Assembly (NCBI GenBank): GCA_026026165.1
Contig: JAPEUD010000016.1
Location: forward strand, 124,001 to 188,000
Origin: Sarea resinae
Lineage: Eukaryota
Direction: 5' to 3'
Length of the DNA: 64,000 bases
A program made the position numbers and the translations under genes. The notes under the pieces were generated by a model. The model was not told where the DNA came from, made no database searches, and saw only the letters and a list, made by a program, of their open reading frames with translations. This document shows, one piece after another, positions 50,768 through 63,021 of the stretch; the first letter of the stretch is position 1; the number at the start of each line of letters is the position of its first letter.

Positions 50768-52111
50768 GACCGCGGCACGGAGGCGGCCAGAAGAAATGTG
50801 GAAGACGAGGCGTTCAAATAAGATGGACGTTGAACCAGCGTACCTGCGGCTCTGGACTAGTAGTGTGAGGGGGTCCCGCAAGTCCGTGGGCGTAGGGGGG
50901 TGGGTGACATGAGTCTTTTGCTAATACGCCGTCCACCAGGCGCCATTGCGCAATCTTCCTAGTATATCAGCTCCACCATACCTACCTCATTCGCTGTGAT
51001 AGATTCGCTCCATGGTCACTCGTACTACATACTGGTCTTCAGCACTCGGCTTCGCGGTGAGCGATGCACCCGTGGACGATGGGCATGAAGATGCCCAATC
51101 GACAATGGTGCCAGCCGACAGGCTTGAAAGCCACTAGGTAGAGCCACTCGGCAAAGCCACTGGGGAAAATGCAACCCTTTGACGGCCGGGGGGCCATCAA
51201 CGCGCAATACAGCGAACTATGGATGCAGGAGTCTTGATCGATTGGTGTTGATTAGAGTGAGTAGCGAAGCAGGTAGAATACAAAAGGCGTGGGATGTGGG
51301 AGCTCAGTACCTATATTTTGCCAACTCTCGTTTAGCGCATCTCTGAATACTGTACTCGGAGTACTTTAAATTTCATAAGCCCCTGGCCCATGGCCCAGTG
51401 TGTGCTGGGCAGCATCGAGTGTCTGTTATCGTGACCATAGTGATCATTGTATACACATGTCATGGCCTCCTCGCATCCAGACCCGCACGTTTGTAGAAGC
51501 CGATGAGTCTTCGCGTGAGCGTGCGACTTTTATTACTTGCGAAAAAATGCCGGCAGGAAGATGCAGCGGTGAATCTCGTCCCTTGACCCTTCTGTGCAAG
51601 GAACCGGTATCCGTACGATGTCATATCGAACATGATTTCGAGGCGAGATGCCCCTGGGGTTGCAAACTATCGCACCTGAATCAGACATCCAGACAGCGGG
51701 GTGATTTACAGCTTGACGCTCTCGCAGAACATCTCACAGATCTTCTCTCTCAAGCAGTCAATCGCAATGTGTACCATTATCATCACACCACCTTCACAGT
51801 GTAAATGCTACAGTCTGAAATGGTTCCCTAACAGAGAAAATAGGGATGCTTTGATATTTCAAAGGTAGTCTAATCACACACTATCTTCAGGATCCGCTCG
51901 ATGCTATCATACGCGGCAAAAGCATATCCCAATCCAGCTTCGTTATGTGGCATGTCCAAGAAACGAACAAAGCGAACCCAAACCCCGTTCAACCCACTGT
52001 ATATCGACGCCATCTCTGCTCCCCACCCAAAACTGCTTGTCAACTGCCGGTACCCGGGGCAGAGCGAACATAATGTCATCACACGGCTTAGGCAGGTTGG
52101 CCAGACGCCAA

Positions 52112-53361
52112 TCACTCTATCGTATTGCCTCGTATTGACTCTGTCTCGTGATAGAAGGCTGGCCAGCAATAGTGTGATTGGACAACGGGCGCATCAACCC
52201 TGCCAGGTCGCTGTTCTATGCAGATGTACTGGTCGGCAGCTAACGAATCGATGCCATCATTTATACCGGTCTGAGACGTCCCTGATGAGACGTTGACACG
52301 AGGTCTACCATTTGCGGTACTCCCCAACCACGCGCTATCAGTGGCGGCAGGAGTGAGAGAAGATTGGGTCTCCCAGTGGTTTGTGGAAAAGTGAAAGCGG
52401 GGATCCACCAGCATATCTGTGAATGAAGACACGCCCAAGGCCAGGTCATCAGAAGTCAAGAACGCATCATTCGAAAAGTCCAAAGTCTCGGCAGGTTCAG
52501 ACCGCGAAGTCGAAGATGAATCCCGAGAACGCAGTCCAGCAGTATCTTCACTGGTCGTCGAAGTGAAGGGAACCATGGATTGCCATCCGGCAAACAACTC
52601 GGATAGGCTGTTTCTCAGGACCTCTAGAATGAAGCGTCTCGATGCTTCCGAGAATGGTATTTGCCTTTCGGATCGTCTCTGGTCAAGAGTCGCCTCGAAA
52701 ATGGCTGGAAGCCTCCTCATGATAATCTCCAAGCTTTCTTTAAGTCGTGACCCCGTAGTTGAAGTTTTCTTCTCCACGACTAGCCTCTATTAGAGGATTT
52801 GAATGACAAGTGGTCGCGAACCTTGGTACTTACACGGACTCGGTACAGGTTCGCCAGGGAACAATTTGCCATATAAATCTGTCCATCTATCCTCCCTCGT
52901 CTTCATCGATCTCACTCCCGATAGAAGCCCCAACTCTCTCAAGCGATCGAGTGGGATGCTTTGGACAGGATCGGAGGCCGCATGTACACATACATGGCGC
53001 CCAATCCAATCCATCAAGTCTGGGCCATCACGCTCATGAGCAGCCTCAAAAGCTTCCCATTCTCGCCAGCACGGCATGCACTGCAGATGTTTCGCCACCA
53101 GGTGATCTCTGGGTCGAGAAGAAATGTGTAAGGCCTCGGGCCTCCAGGCAGAAGGAGAAGAGATGCTACTTACTTGAGGTGATGGAATGGCTTGAACCCC
53201 GGGCCGGCACAAGAACGATATCTCCCATCCGCAGGACTGTATGTGCTCGGGTCGTGTTTGTTGAAGGGACATGCAAGACGCAGATTTTGCCCATCTGGGG
53301 CCGAATCTCGTGTCTCATGCTCTGCTCCATCATGGATGGTCATACTATGCGCTGCAGCCAT
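52112..53361 (-). CDS. Uncharacterised C2H2-like zinc-finger protein, 'CPFNxHDP' family paralogue B
   Basis: Reads RLACPFNKHDP...YRSCAGPGFKPFHHLKDHLVAKHLQCMPCW...HVC...REDRWTDLYGKLFPGEPVPSPF. Introns are 53109-53173 and 52780-52833. An extra 5' exon may start at ATG 53626. Confidence 0.8.
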
Positions 53362-54713
53362 TTGAATCGACCCCGACGTTTCGTTTAGGCTGCGTGAGCA
53401 CTGCTATACAGATCCGTCAGAGACCAATCATTGGAAGACAATGGACCAAGACAGGATTGGCCTTGCTCAGCAATAGAGCTTCTTTGTGAGGGAAGAGATA
53501 ATACCAGATCGACGACGGAATTACTGTGTATCTCCGACGGGGAGGAGTTGGAGCAATCAGGACGTCCACAGAAGTAACACGATCAGAGATGGATGAACAC
53601 CCCCATCGCGGCTGCTCTCGCGACATGCTCGATTTTTATATGGTCCTGGGCTCTTCTCTTCCCATCGCAATGCCTGTGGTTGCCAACGGCGAGTGGTCGT
53701 CCACGGGCGAAGCTTTGCACAAAGTCGTCCTGCATCTCATCCATTCACGGTGGCAGAGACTACGCAGTAGGTAGGTTAGCATACGATTACCGGCATCTAA
53801 TAGGGTAGCCTTGTCGCGGCCAGGCGTGGGTCCGACTACAATTCTGTATCCGTAAGTCTTGGCCAGGGCAGCTTGTCGCACGACATCCGTCATCGCGTGT
53901 CGTGTGCGACGCAATGGTAAGCCGCAAGGAGCGGGCGTCCATGATCCATGCCAAAGAAAGAATTCATGAAAAGGGCAGCACCTGTTATCGCGGAAGACTG
54001 ATGAGGAGAACCTTTAGCCTTGGAAGCACGTAGGCAGTCGTAGGCAGTGCCCGACCTAGACCTAGAGACGACTCTACATAAGGTAGTAAGCTTCCCTGTC
54101 CTTTCAGTTGTCTTAGGTTCGTACCATCCCATTGTTTCCCCTCTCTTCCCCTCCAGAGTACCAACACTTCGTACCTGGTCGCCTCTTCCCGTCCCGTAAT
54201 CACAAAGCCGAACATCGGTAGAGTACGTAGTAGGAGCAAGGTTAGGAGCAGGGACCGGACAAAGTCTCCTGCATCCAGCCCAATTCTTCGTTGCTGCCAA
54301 TACCCCAAATACTCTGATCCGAAAAATAGCCCTGCGAACCTCGTACCTACGGTGACAGACGCCGCACTCGGACGTGGTGCGTGCCAAAATCCGCAGAGCG
54401 CAGATCCGAGTATGATACGCAGATCCCCCTACGGACCACGTTTTTGTGTCGATCGTATCCATTTTGGACGAATGGAAGATAATAGAGAGGATAAAGTAGG
54501 CTATCTTGCTTTCCTCTGGGTCGCAAGAAAGCAGAGTGCTAGCACATTCCTTAAAACTCTGGTATATCATATCCCGTCAATCCCAAGACAAGGCCTTGGG
54601 ATGCCATATCCTTTTTCGCGCTAGGCGACTCTAACCAAGGCTTTCCTCATCTCGCCCGCGGATATCCAGCACACAAGTGAAGCTACTCCTCTTATGATAA
54701 CACTCGAGCGAAG

Positions 54714-54777
54714 CGCTTGCCTTGATGCGGCGAAATCCAGGCGACGTCGCCTGGATTTCGCCGCATCAAGGCAAGCG
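54714..54777. repeat. Perfect 64-bp spacerless palindrome
   Basis: CGCTTGCCTTGATGCGGCGAAATCCAGGCGAC is followed immediately by its exact reverse complement. Confidence 0.97.
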
Positions 54778-55109
54778 TTGTCACCTGGCCGCAGTAGATG
54801 GCACGAGGGATCGTCGTCGATCCCCTCGGGACCCTGGACGAACGAGATCCCACCACGGGCACACCGCCACATTCGCCAGAATAGGGAACTTTGGAGAATA
54901 AATTGTAGAGGCTTCGCCAAGGCGGGCTGAAGTCGAGAGGGTCTGCAGAACATGGCCTCAGCTTCGAGAATAATGATCACTCCGATTCTTGATCGCAGCA
55001 GCTCTAAGTAATCGACAATAGGAGCTGCAACTCTATACTCCTGTATCTAATTAGACACGGGATCTCAGTGAAATTTCGCGGGTAGGCACTAGAGAGAAAT
55101 AAACAGGCT

Positions 55110-55262
55110 CTTTTCTTACTTGAATTTTTGAGCGATCAACTTCCTCTTGATAAAAATTATGCTCACGTTGATCTATCTGGCTTACTCGATGATGGCTTTG
55201 CTCTACGAGACTGTGCCCGCGTTCGAGGACACATGGATCCCATGCCTTGGGAACCTTGGACT
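55110..55262 (+). pseudogene. Isolated fragment of a fungal Est1/Ebs1/SMG7-type TPR-like protein gene
   Basis: ATG 55159 begins MLTLIYLAYSMMALLYETVPAFEDTWIPCLGNLG, matching the conserved ascomycete motif as I recall it (HMLxFIYLAYSMMALLYETVPAFEDTWIECLGDLGRY). An out-of-frame FLLEFLSDQLP precedes it; there is no continuation. Confidence 0.7.
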
Positions 55263-55444
55263 AGGGTCGCTCGCTTCTGATAGTACTCCGTAAAGCCGCT
55301 GACAAATCTTCGATTGGCCGCTTCGATAGGGTCCTGCTGAGAGCATCGCGGAATTCTGAATTGACCATTTTGAGCCATTACAGACAACTTCTGATGGAGA
55401 GGAAGCTTTAGAACAGGCCGGGTCCGATGGGCGCGGAGTTCAGC

Positions 55445-55518
55445 AACGGCGCTAACCTGACTTTTGGTTGGACTTGGGAAATTTCCCAAGTCCAACCAAA
55501 TGTCAAGTTAGCGCCGTT
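55445..55518. repeat. Near-perfect 74-bp spacerless palindrome (2 mismatches)
   Basis: AACGGCGCTAACCTGACTTTTGGTTGGACTTGGGAAA | TTTCCCAAGTCCAACCAAATGTCAAGTTAGCGCCGTT. Confidence 0.95.
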
Positions 55519-55919
55519 TTCTTAGCGTGCAGCCTAGATCCGACCATACCACCGAGGAGCGAAATGATCTACTCTTGTTTTCATCATCAGATTACCTGGA
55601 GCAGTCCGACGCCTGTAACGTCATCCTTTTCGCCCTGACGCCCGAGCTTGCTTTCCCCGCGCGTACTCATATCGCCTACATAACCATGGCCCGCGCCTCA
55701 ACGATAGCATAAGGCTTCTCAATCATCAGCCTCGTTGTACCTCCATCATTCATGTCCTTATCTGCTGCAAATGCTGAATCTAGACCCGCGGCGGTGGAGT
55801 GGCAATCCTCCTAACCGCCTCGACCTCGAAGATGTTGCATCATACAGTGAGCGTACGAGTAGAGGCGAGAAATTGTGAAGAGACAGGTCGTAGCATTGAT
55901 GCCTTTTGAGAGCGTCTGC

Positions 55920-56740
55920 TCAAGACTGAACCTTTCTCTTGGGCTGACAGTAAGCCCCAGCGGTCAACGCGAACCCAATGGCGATCAGTGTATCCACTTC
56001 CTCCTGGTTGTCCATGTTTCCGAGCTTATGTAAAAGCCCTTGTGAAAAGTCGTCTCCCCCATTCCTAACGAGGTTTCCGTCTCAAAGTATGGCGGCTAGG
56101 CACCAGCGAAAGCCCAGTCGAGAAGCCACACTTTGTCTTCGCGGTCAATGATCAGATTTCGGGGTTCTATGTCTAGATGACACATGACCAATTCTTTGAA
56201 TTTACCAGTGAACCACCCGGATGGGATGTCACTGGCCTGACCAAAATCATGGCAAACAAGTAAACGGTCGTTGAACCATGTCTCCATCTCTTCGCGACTC
56301 TCGAATGGACCTGCGCCGTAGTCGGTAGAGAAAAGAACCCTCGGAAGCTCCGCCGCGAATCGGGCCTGGAGACTCCATTGTGAGATCCTGCAGTTGACCG
56401 ATGCCTTCGGCCACCTGGCGAGCAACGTTGTCACGACTTCGGCCCCCCGGTCAGATCATATATCAGACATCAATGTCCCCTCGATATAGTCCATCACAAT
56501 ATAACAGGTGTTCTGTTCGCCGAGTGATAATGCCTTGTCAGCGGCCTCTCAGGCATCGATGACGGCAGGCAATCGAATCTTGGTATGCTCAAAGACATAT
56601 CGCATCATTCGCGCCTCGGCAAGATTGATCTAGCTGCCATGGTTGACGACTGCAGAGCTAGTAATATGCGCGATTGAAGGCCCGCCTACAAATGGGTGGA
56701 CTTTCGGCGCCATGGCTCTTGCTTCTACGAGCTCGTCCGG
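55920..56740 (-). pseudogene. Aminoglycoside-phosphotransferase (APH)/choline-kinase-like pseudogene
   Basis: Contains NLAEARMMRYVFEHTKIRLPAV, CYIVMDYIEG, GAGPF and VMCHLDIEPRNLII...VWLLDWAFAGA*PPYFE, with several in-frame stops and frameshifts. Boundaries are approximate. Confidence 0.85.
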
Positions 56741-58264
56741 TGAGCCGTGTGCAAGATCGCGACATTCAAGAAAACGGAAGAGCTGGCTGCCGACATACGC
56801 AGAGTGCAATCGTTGAGAATATTTTCGTTGACAACTAAGGCGCTGTTGATATTCTATCTACTTGAAAATTGGAACGCAGGTATTTCCTCCGCTGGGCGCG
56901 CGAGCCAGGACAAGTCGCCCTTTGGAACCATTTCGCGCGCGGGGCTGGATCTGGTAACTCTGGGCTAATAATGAATCAGACTTACGTGACACCTCCCTAG
57001 TAACCTTAATTCAACTACATGCATACTATGTGCTTCGTACCTCCTGACAGGTACGAAGTACATCCATTAGTGACACATCGTGCCAGATCCATCCATGGAT
57101 CCCACGCGGCCACCATCGGCAGACTGCTACGTACCTAGCTAAGGTACCTTATCTTAAACCTTGAACTTCTCCCGTCACGCACGAGCTTAAGGTACCGCTA
57201 GAGAGATAGCTCGTCGAAGTACATCAACCCAAGGTTTTTCTCCCCCCCCCGCCCCCCCGCCCCCCTCCTGCTAATCATCATCGTCGATTCTGCCCGTCGC
57301 GATAACAAGATTTCGCATTCTAGCTCATAGGCCGCTACAGGGTCTTGCATGCCCTTTGATCAAAAGCTGCGAAAATGAACTATTCAAGCGTGGCTACGAC
57401 CCGCACTGTCGTCTGGGCTTCTTTTCACCTCTGTCCAACGGTTCCAGAGTGAGACAGCAAGATATATCTGAATGGCGAGCGAACGCGGGAGTTCGATATG
57501 TACCTAAGTCTACTCTATTTCATGGCCGAGATCTTTAATGACTCGAGCATTGCAAGCACATTCTATTCCACGTAATCCGTTTGAAGTTCTTGTATCTGGA
57601 TGCGCACGGCGCGGATGATCCGAAATAGAAAAGGGAACGTCGGACTGGAGATGATCATCTAGTCTGGTAGATTCGAAGCTAGCTCCTGATTTCCCTTTGG
57701 AACGCTTTTGCGGGGCGTGTTTGTGACGGCTGTATTTGTGGGACGTTCAGCTGACAACCCTGTGTTTAAGTGCAGTCATCGAAAAAGCCCGTGTGTGGAT
57801 ATAGTGCATACTTGTGATGGGTGATGGTGCTCATGAATCCATTGATGCCAGCGGTCCCATTGCTCGGAGATAATTCATCAAACAGAATATGGTCACCAAT
57901 GTAGGTGGAACGAGTGTTGAAACCGGCAATAGAGTGATCACATTGAATAGGCTGCCAGGGCTCTTTGCTTGCTCTCCCTTCACGACGCGACTACTGGAAG
58001 AGAATTGATCTCGACGTTTATGATTTGAGGAGGAATGCATCCCAGATCTGCCTTCCCAAACGCGGATCAAGCCTGTCTATAGTAGCAAACATCTTTGGTT
58101 GACACACCTGCGAGCAGGATATATGAAATGCACGCGCAACATCAACAATAGGGACAACAACAATGTGAGGGGATGCATGTATGGCGTGCATCCCACGACA
58201 GTACCATAGCCGGCGCATAGCTCCGAGGTATTATATCTGTGGTGACGGCGGACACGGCGAGTCA

Positions 58265-59188
58265 TCAGATTCCAAGGTCCAAATCACCGTCAACTCGCTT
58301 TGAATAATCACCCCAGTCCAAGAAAGAGTCAAAGCTGTCCTCGATTCCGATATTGCCGTCCAGCTCGTCCAAGACATCATTTTCTTTTCCGGTCGAGGCG
58401 TTGTACCTGATGTCTATGGACTGAGAATTCGAACCGACGGAAACACCAGATAGACTGGGCGCCCCGGAGAGCTCCCCAGTTGGCGAGGATTCGGGCAGAG
58501 AGGGTCCAGATAAAGTCGTATCAGGAGGTATGGATGTCTGATAGACTGGTACATGTCAGCTTCTGCAAGCACCAAGAGGGCAATTTCAGTGGCACTCACA
58601 AGGGCTCGGTACGGCCTCGTTTGGGAACAGCTTCTGATAGAGGACAGTCCAACATGCCTCTATCCTTCCCTTGGTGTTCCATTTCTTCCGAAGCTCTAAT
58701 GCCTTTATCCCTTCTAAAGATATCCCACCCCGAGAGTATGGAATCCCGTGGTGACAGGCGTCAGGTCGGGACGTCAAACCAGGTAGCCCCGGAGTGGGAC
58801 GGTTCCCATCCATGTAATCTCGGTAGCAGGACTCGCAGTGAAGGTGCTTGGCATCAAGTGCTGCCTGTTCATGAAGATTTGTCAATACCGCGCACTCCGC
58901 AGGGAATAGCTACTTACTTGAGGCGAGACATGTCTGAAAATCCTGGCCCTGCACAACATGCGTATCTTTTACTTGTAGATCCATAGTTGATGGGATCGTG
59001 TTTGTTGAAGGGACAGGCAAGACGCATTTTCACGTCAAGGATTGGATCCGAGCTGTTGCCTTGCTCCTTTGTTCTGGCGGCAGACGGTCGAGTATCAATT
59101 CAACGTGCTATTCGACCCGAAATTGATGATCGAGCAATTCATCCGACACTTGGGGCCTTTGAGAACCCTTCATATTTGAGGAAGCCAT
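58265..59188 (-). pseudogene. 'CPFNxHDP' family paralogue C, apparently frameshifted
   Basis: Reads MRLACPFNKHDP...YACCAGPGFSDMSRLK, then intron 58865-58917, then QHL and a 1-nt frameshift before AKHLHCESCY...HAC...WTVLYQKLFPNEAVPSPF. The second intron is 58546-58599. The upstream ATG 59188 is out of frame and runs into a stop. Confidence 0.75.
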
Positions 59189-60075
59189 GATATATAGTGA
59201 GTTCTCAGCGATTCCTGATGCTGTCCGCAACGCAATGTACGGGCATGATAGCATCGCATGGATGGCCTTCAGCACACACCGCTGGGGGACCTGCAGCTCA
59301 TTCGAAGGCTAAGAGACCGGCTGCCGGGGGTCCCACAATTTTACCCTATCAGAGCCCCAGAGAAGCGGGAGGGCTGGTATGGTGCTGGTAAGGTACTGGT
59401 AACGCACTGGTGAGGTGCTGGTAAACTAGCAACGTAAACGGAAGTGAGATGAGCCCGAGGGCCAAGGGTGAGATCCGGAACTACCATTCATTAAGTTAGG
59501 TGCCCGATCCCTGGCCCAGTGAACACTGGGACGTGATACAAAGTGCCTTTTAGAGATAGGACTAGGGCAGAAAAGGAACAGCCCTGGACGGGCCCAAATG
59601 ATCACTCCGTAGTAGAATTTTTTCTCCAGGACAAGGCGTTGCTGACGCCGAATTAAGCGAATGGCGTGGTCATCTCTGTGAGGTAAACGCCATGCCGATC
59701 CTAATTTACGTTCACCCCAGTACGAGTCCGCACCTCATCTGGCAGGAATTCTAGAGAGAGGCCTCTATTGATCGGTAGAGCACGGCCACCTGTGGCGCTG
59801 CCCTCACAGTCGCCGCATCGGGAGGAACGGAAAGGCCAAGCTATGATGAACGGCCGCGATATATTTTCGTACATCCTAAAACCATAACGATCTATGTCTA
59901 CCGGCAACGACGCTTCCATGGATCTTTGGAGTACCAAAAAGAGGCCGACAGCTCAGAGGTTGTCTCCAGCCTCCACCCATACCATACCAGGGTGGAATCC
60001 GCATACATGCCATAACGAGAACTCGCCCTTCCGTCGTGATGAAAGATGAGTGTGGCTAGGTGACAGAAGAACTTT

Positions 60076-60975
60076 CTACTTCCCAGAAGGGATATCGGTG
60101 AGGACGCTGTACTTTTCCCATTCTTTCAGTTGTGCGATGGTCTCCTCGCACGATTTTTTGATCTGTGCGACAGCATCGCTACCCAGAGCCAGAACTGGAG
60201 GAACATTCGAACTGGTGAGAAGGTCGTACAGGACCTCAGCACCTTTTACAGGGTCACCCAACTGTTTATGGTGCCAGGTCGAAAAGGCGCTGTCGATAGT
60301 CTCATTGAGCGTGGCGTAATCTGGCAACCTTCGTTCGGCTGGAGATTTGCCGAGATTGGTGGTGGAATCAAGCAGCTCGGTGCGGAAGAAGCCAGGCTCT
60401 ATCAAGCAATGCTTGATCCCGAATTGAGCCGTCTCTGTTTGCAGCCCAAGCGCTAATCCGCGGAGAGCTGATTTGGAGGAGCCGTATAAACCGCTACCTG
60501 GAGTGGGATACCAAGCCGCCATCGAGCCAACCGTGGCAATGACACCGGCGCGTCGCTCGCGAAAGTGCGGGAGGATTGCTCTCCAGACGTTGACAGGACC
60601 GAACACATTTGCTTGGTATTGGGCGAGTGTCTCCTCGGGACTGCTGCCGTCAGTAAACGCCCTACAACTATCCAGCTATCCTTACGTAGTCTCCTCCAAC
60701 ATGCCCGTCTGCACATATGCCGCATTGGCCACGAGGATGTCGATTCCGCCGTACGCCTTGATGGCTTCGTTGACGGCGGCCTTGACGTGTTCGAGTGACT
60801 TGTTCTGGTCCAACTGTACGATTGTTGCGCCCTTGGATTTCAGATCGGCAAGGGCAGGACCATCGGGTCTGCGTGATGTGGCGACGACCTTGTCGCCGCG
60901 AGAAAGGGCCTTCAACGCAAGCTCGAGCCCGATGCCCGAACTCGTGCCGGTGATGAGCCAGGTTTTGGGTGCCAT
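60076..60975 (-). CDS. Classical short-chain dehydrogenase/reductase; 2 exons
   Basis: Starts MAPKTWLITGTSSGIG (TGxxxGxG); contains IDILVANA, NVFGP, catalytic YGSSK and IEPGFFRT. Intron 60641-60685. Confidence 0.93.
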
Positions 60976-61400
60976 TGCGTGGTAATTGCTAAGAGCCTCA
61001 AGCAATTGAAGTAGCAAGCAATGTACGATATGTCAGTCGATATCGATTGTCTAGTGCAGGTGTGCTACAAGAGAGATGGGGTTGGAATAGAGTAGGAAGG
61101 ATCGTGTTAGTTATAAGATCAACATCCATTGGCATCTGCTATTCTTGGTCAGCAATCTTCGTCAATGCATTGAACGCCTTTGGGAATCTCTGCTGCGATC
61201 ATTCGATGCACGTTGGATGCTTCCCATGAGCTCGGGTCGATAGTGGGGCAGATGACTCATGAGGCACGGCGATCGACGTCAATCACGTCGTTCAAGCTCG
61301 CGGAAGGACATAACGGAGTTATCCTGATCGACCTTGCCTGTGTTCAAGTCCGCTAAGTCCGAGTGAGAAGCGAAAGAGACGCGCAGCCTCTGTCGAACAA

Positions 61401-62467
61401 ATGTTGCAAGCTCAACACCAAGATTCCCCCATGAGCGCCCCATCCGAATCTAAATCTGACGTCCGTCAGGCGGGCGGCTCCTCGGAGCGGGAGCCCTCGA
61501 TTGAGTCACCGCAAAAACCTGACCACACGGCCCCGGCGTCCGCTCCCACAACGGGTCCCGTGTGGCCTCCCCTAGCCGCCGAGCACCCCCTCGCGCAGCT
61601 CCAGACGCGTCTCCTCGCCCTCCTCGAAGAAAGCGCCTACGACGAAATCTACGGCGTGACCCTCTCGGCGACCGCGCCCATCCCGTTTGCCACCACTCTG
61701 ATCCTACAGAAATTCCTCCGGGCCAACGCCAACGACGTCGACAAGGCCGCCGCGCAGCTCGCCGCGACGCTGAAATGGCGAAAGGAGTTCCGACCTCTGG
61801 AGGCGAGAGACGAGGTCTTTGATGAAAAGCGATTCGGTGGATTGGGGTACGTGACGGTACTGGATGACGTGCCGTCGGGCTCGGGCGACAAGGAGAAGAG
61901 GTCGGAAATTGTGACGTGGAACATTTACGGCGCGGTCAAGGATGCCAAAGCCACGTTTGAAGATCTCGACGGGTATGCTTTTCTCATCACGATCACGAAA
62001 CACTCTACTAACACGGTGCGAGCAGCTTCCTTCGCTGGCGCGTCGCCTTGATGGAACACGCCATCTCGCACCTGAACCTGTCCGCCGCTACCACCCCGAT
62101 CCCAGACTACTCGGCGACCTCGCCGACGCACGACCCGCACCAGATGATCCAAGTGCACGACTACCTGTCGGTCAAGTTCCTGCGCATGGACGCCCACACG
62201 CGCGCCGCCTCGCGCAAGACCATCGACACGTTCGCCGCCTACTACCCCGAGATGCTGAGCCGCAAGTTCTTCGTCAACGTGCCCGTGGTCATGGGATGGG
62301 TGTTTGGCGCCATGAAGCTCGTGCTTGCCAAGGAGACGGTCCGCAAATTTACCGTGCTGAGCTACGGCGAGGAGTTGGTCGGCGAGCTGGGGAAAGATGT
62401 CCCGCGTGTGTATGGTGGGGACGGAGAGGCGCTGAATCGGGTGGGTGACACCGTGAGATTGGCGTAG
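61401..62467 (+). CDS. SFH5: Phosphatidylinositol transfer protein Sfh5 (CRAL-TRIO/Sec14 family); 2 exons
   Basis: Contains YDEIYGV, LILQKFLRAN, TLKWRKEF, FGGLGYVT, VTWNIYG, FLRWRVALME, MIQVHDYLSVKFLRMD and YYPEMLSRKFFVNVP. Intron 61973-62025. Start is ATG 61401 or 61431. Confidence 0.92.
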
Positions 62468-63021
62468 GGCAGCTAACGGCAAAGCTGGGGAGGGAGGGCG
62501 AGATGGAGAGGAAAGCGAGGCCGCTGAGGTGTATGGCTTGACGTCTGGATTCTCTCGTTGTATGATTTCCTCCATTACTCGAAATCCTTGTATGATTTCC
62601 CCTCCATTACTCGAGATAGTGCTACCGAAGATTAAGAAAATTTCAACTCCATGAGAAGAACTGCAGTCCGCCGTGGGGTGCCCCAGAGAAAGGATACAGT
62701 ATGTGGTCAAACATGGCAGTCAATAGCTGAGTGTCTTGCCTCTCTGAAGCAATGATTTGAACAAGTCTAGATCCCTAACGCTGCCCCTTTTCATTGTATC
62801 AAATGAGCAATAGACATGAAGAAAAAGCAACGAAAGAAAAGACCAATTCCCAAAATGTTTCTATTGATAGCATGTTACTCCGTCCCCGTTCATCAGATCA
62901 TTCGCTGTGACATCCGCAACAAAAGCTCTCTAGGCAGTATCGCCTTATGAAGCCTAAATCGGTCGTAGACCGGACACGACCTCGCCCTTGACAGGAATCG
63001 TTCATACCCCCGTAAGGACCT

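Noticed and set aside
53890..54570. 226-aa minus-strand ORF
   Set aside because: No recognisable motif and an Arg/Cys/Ser-rich composition typical of spurious ORFs.
36743..60075. Starship or other giant element
   Set aside because: No DUF3435 tyrosine recombinase, typical cargo genes or terminal repeats could be identified.
62558..62613. Short direct duplication TTGTATGATTTCC(CC)TCCATTACTCGA downstream of SFH5
   Set aside because: A simple two-copy slippage duplication with no further structure.
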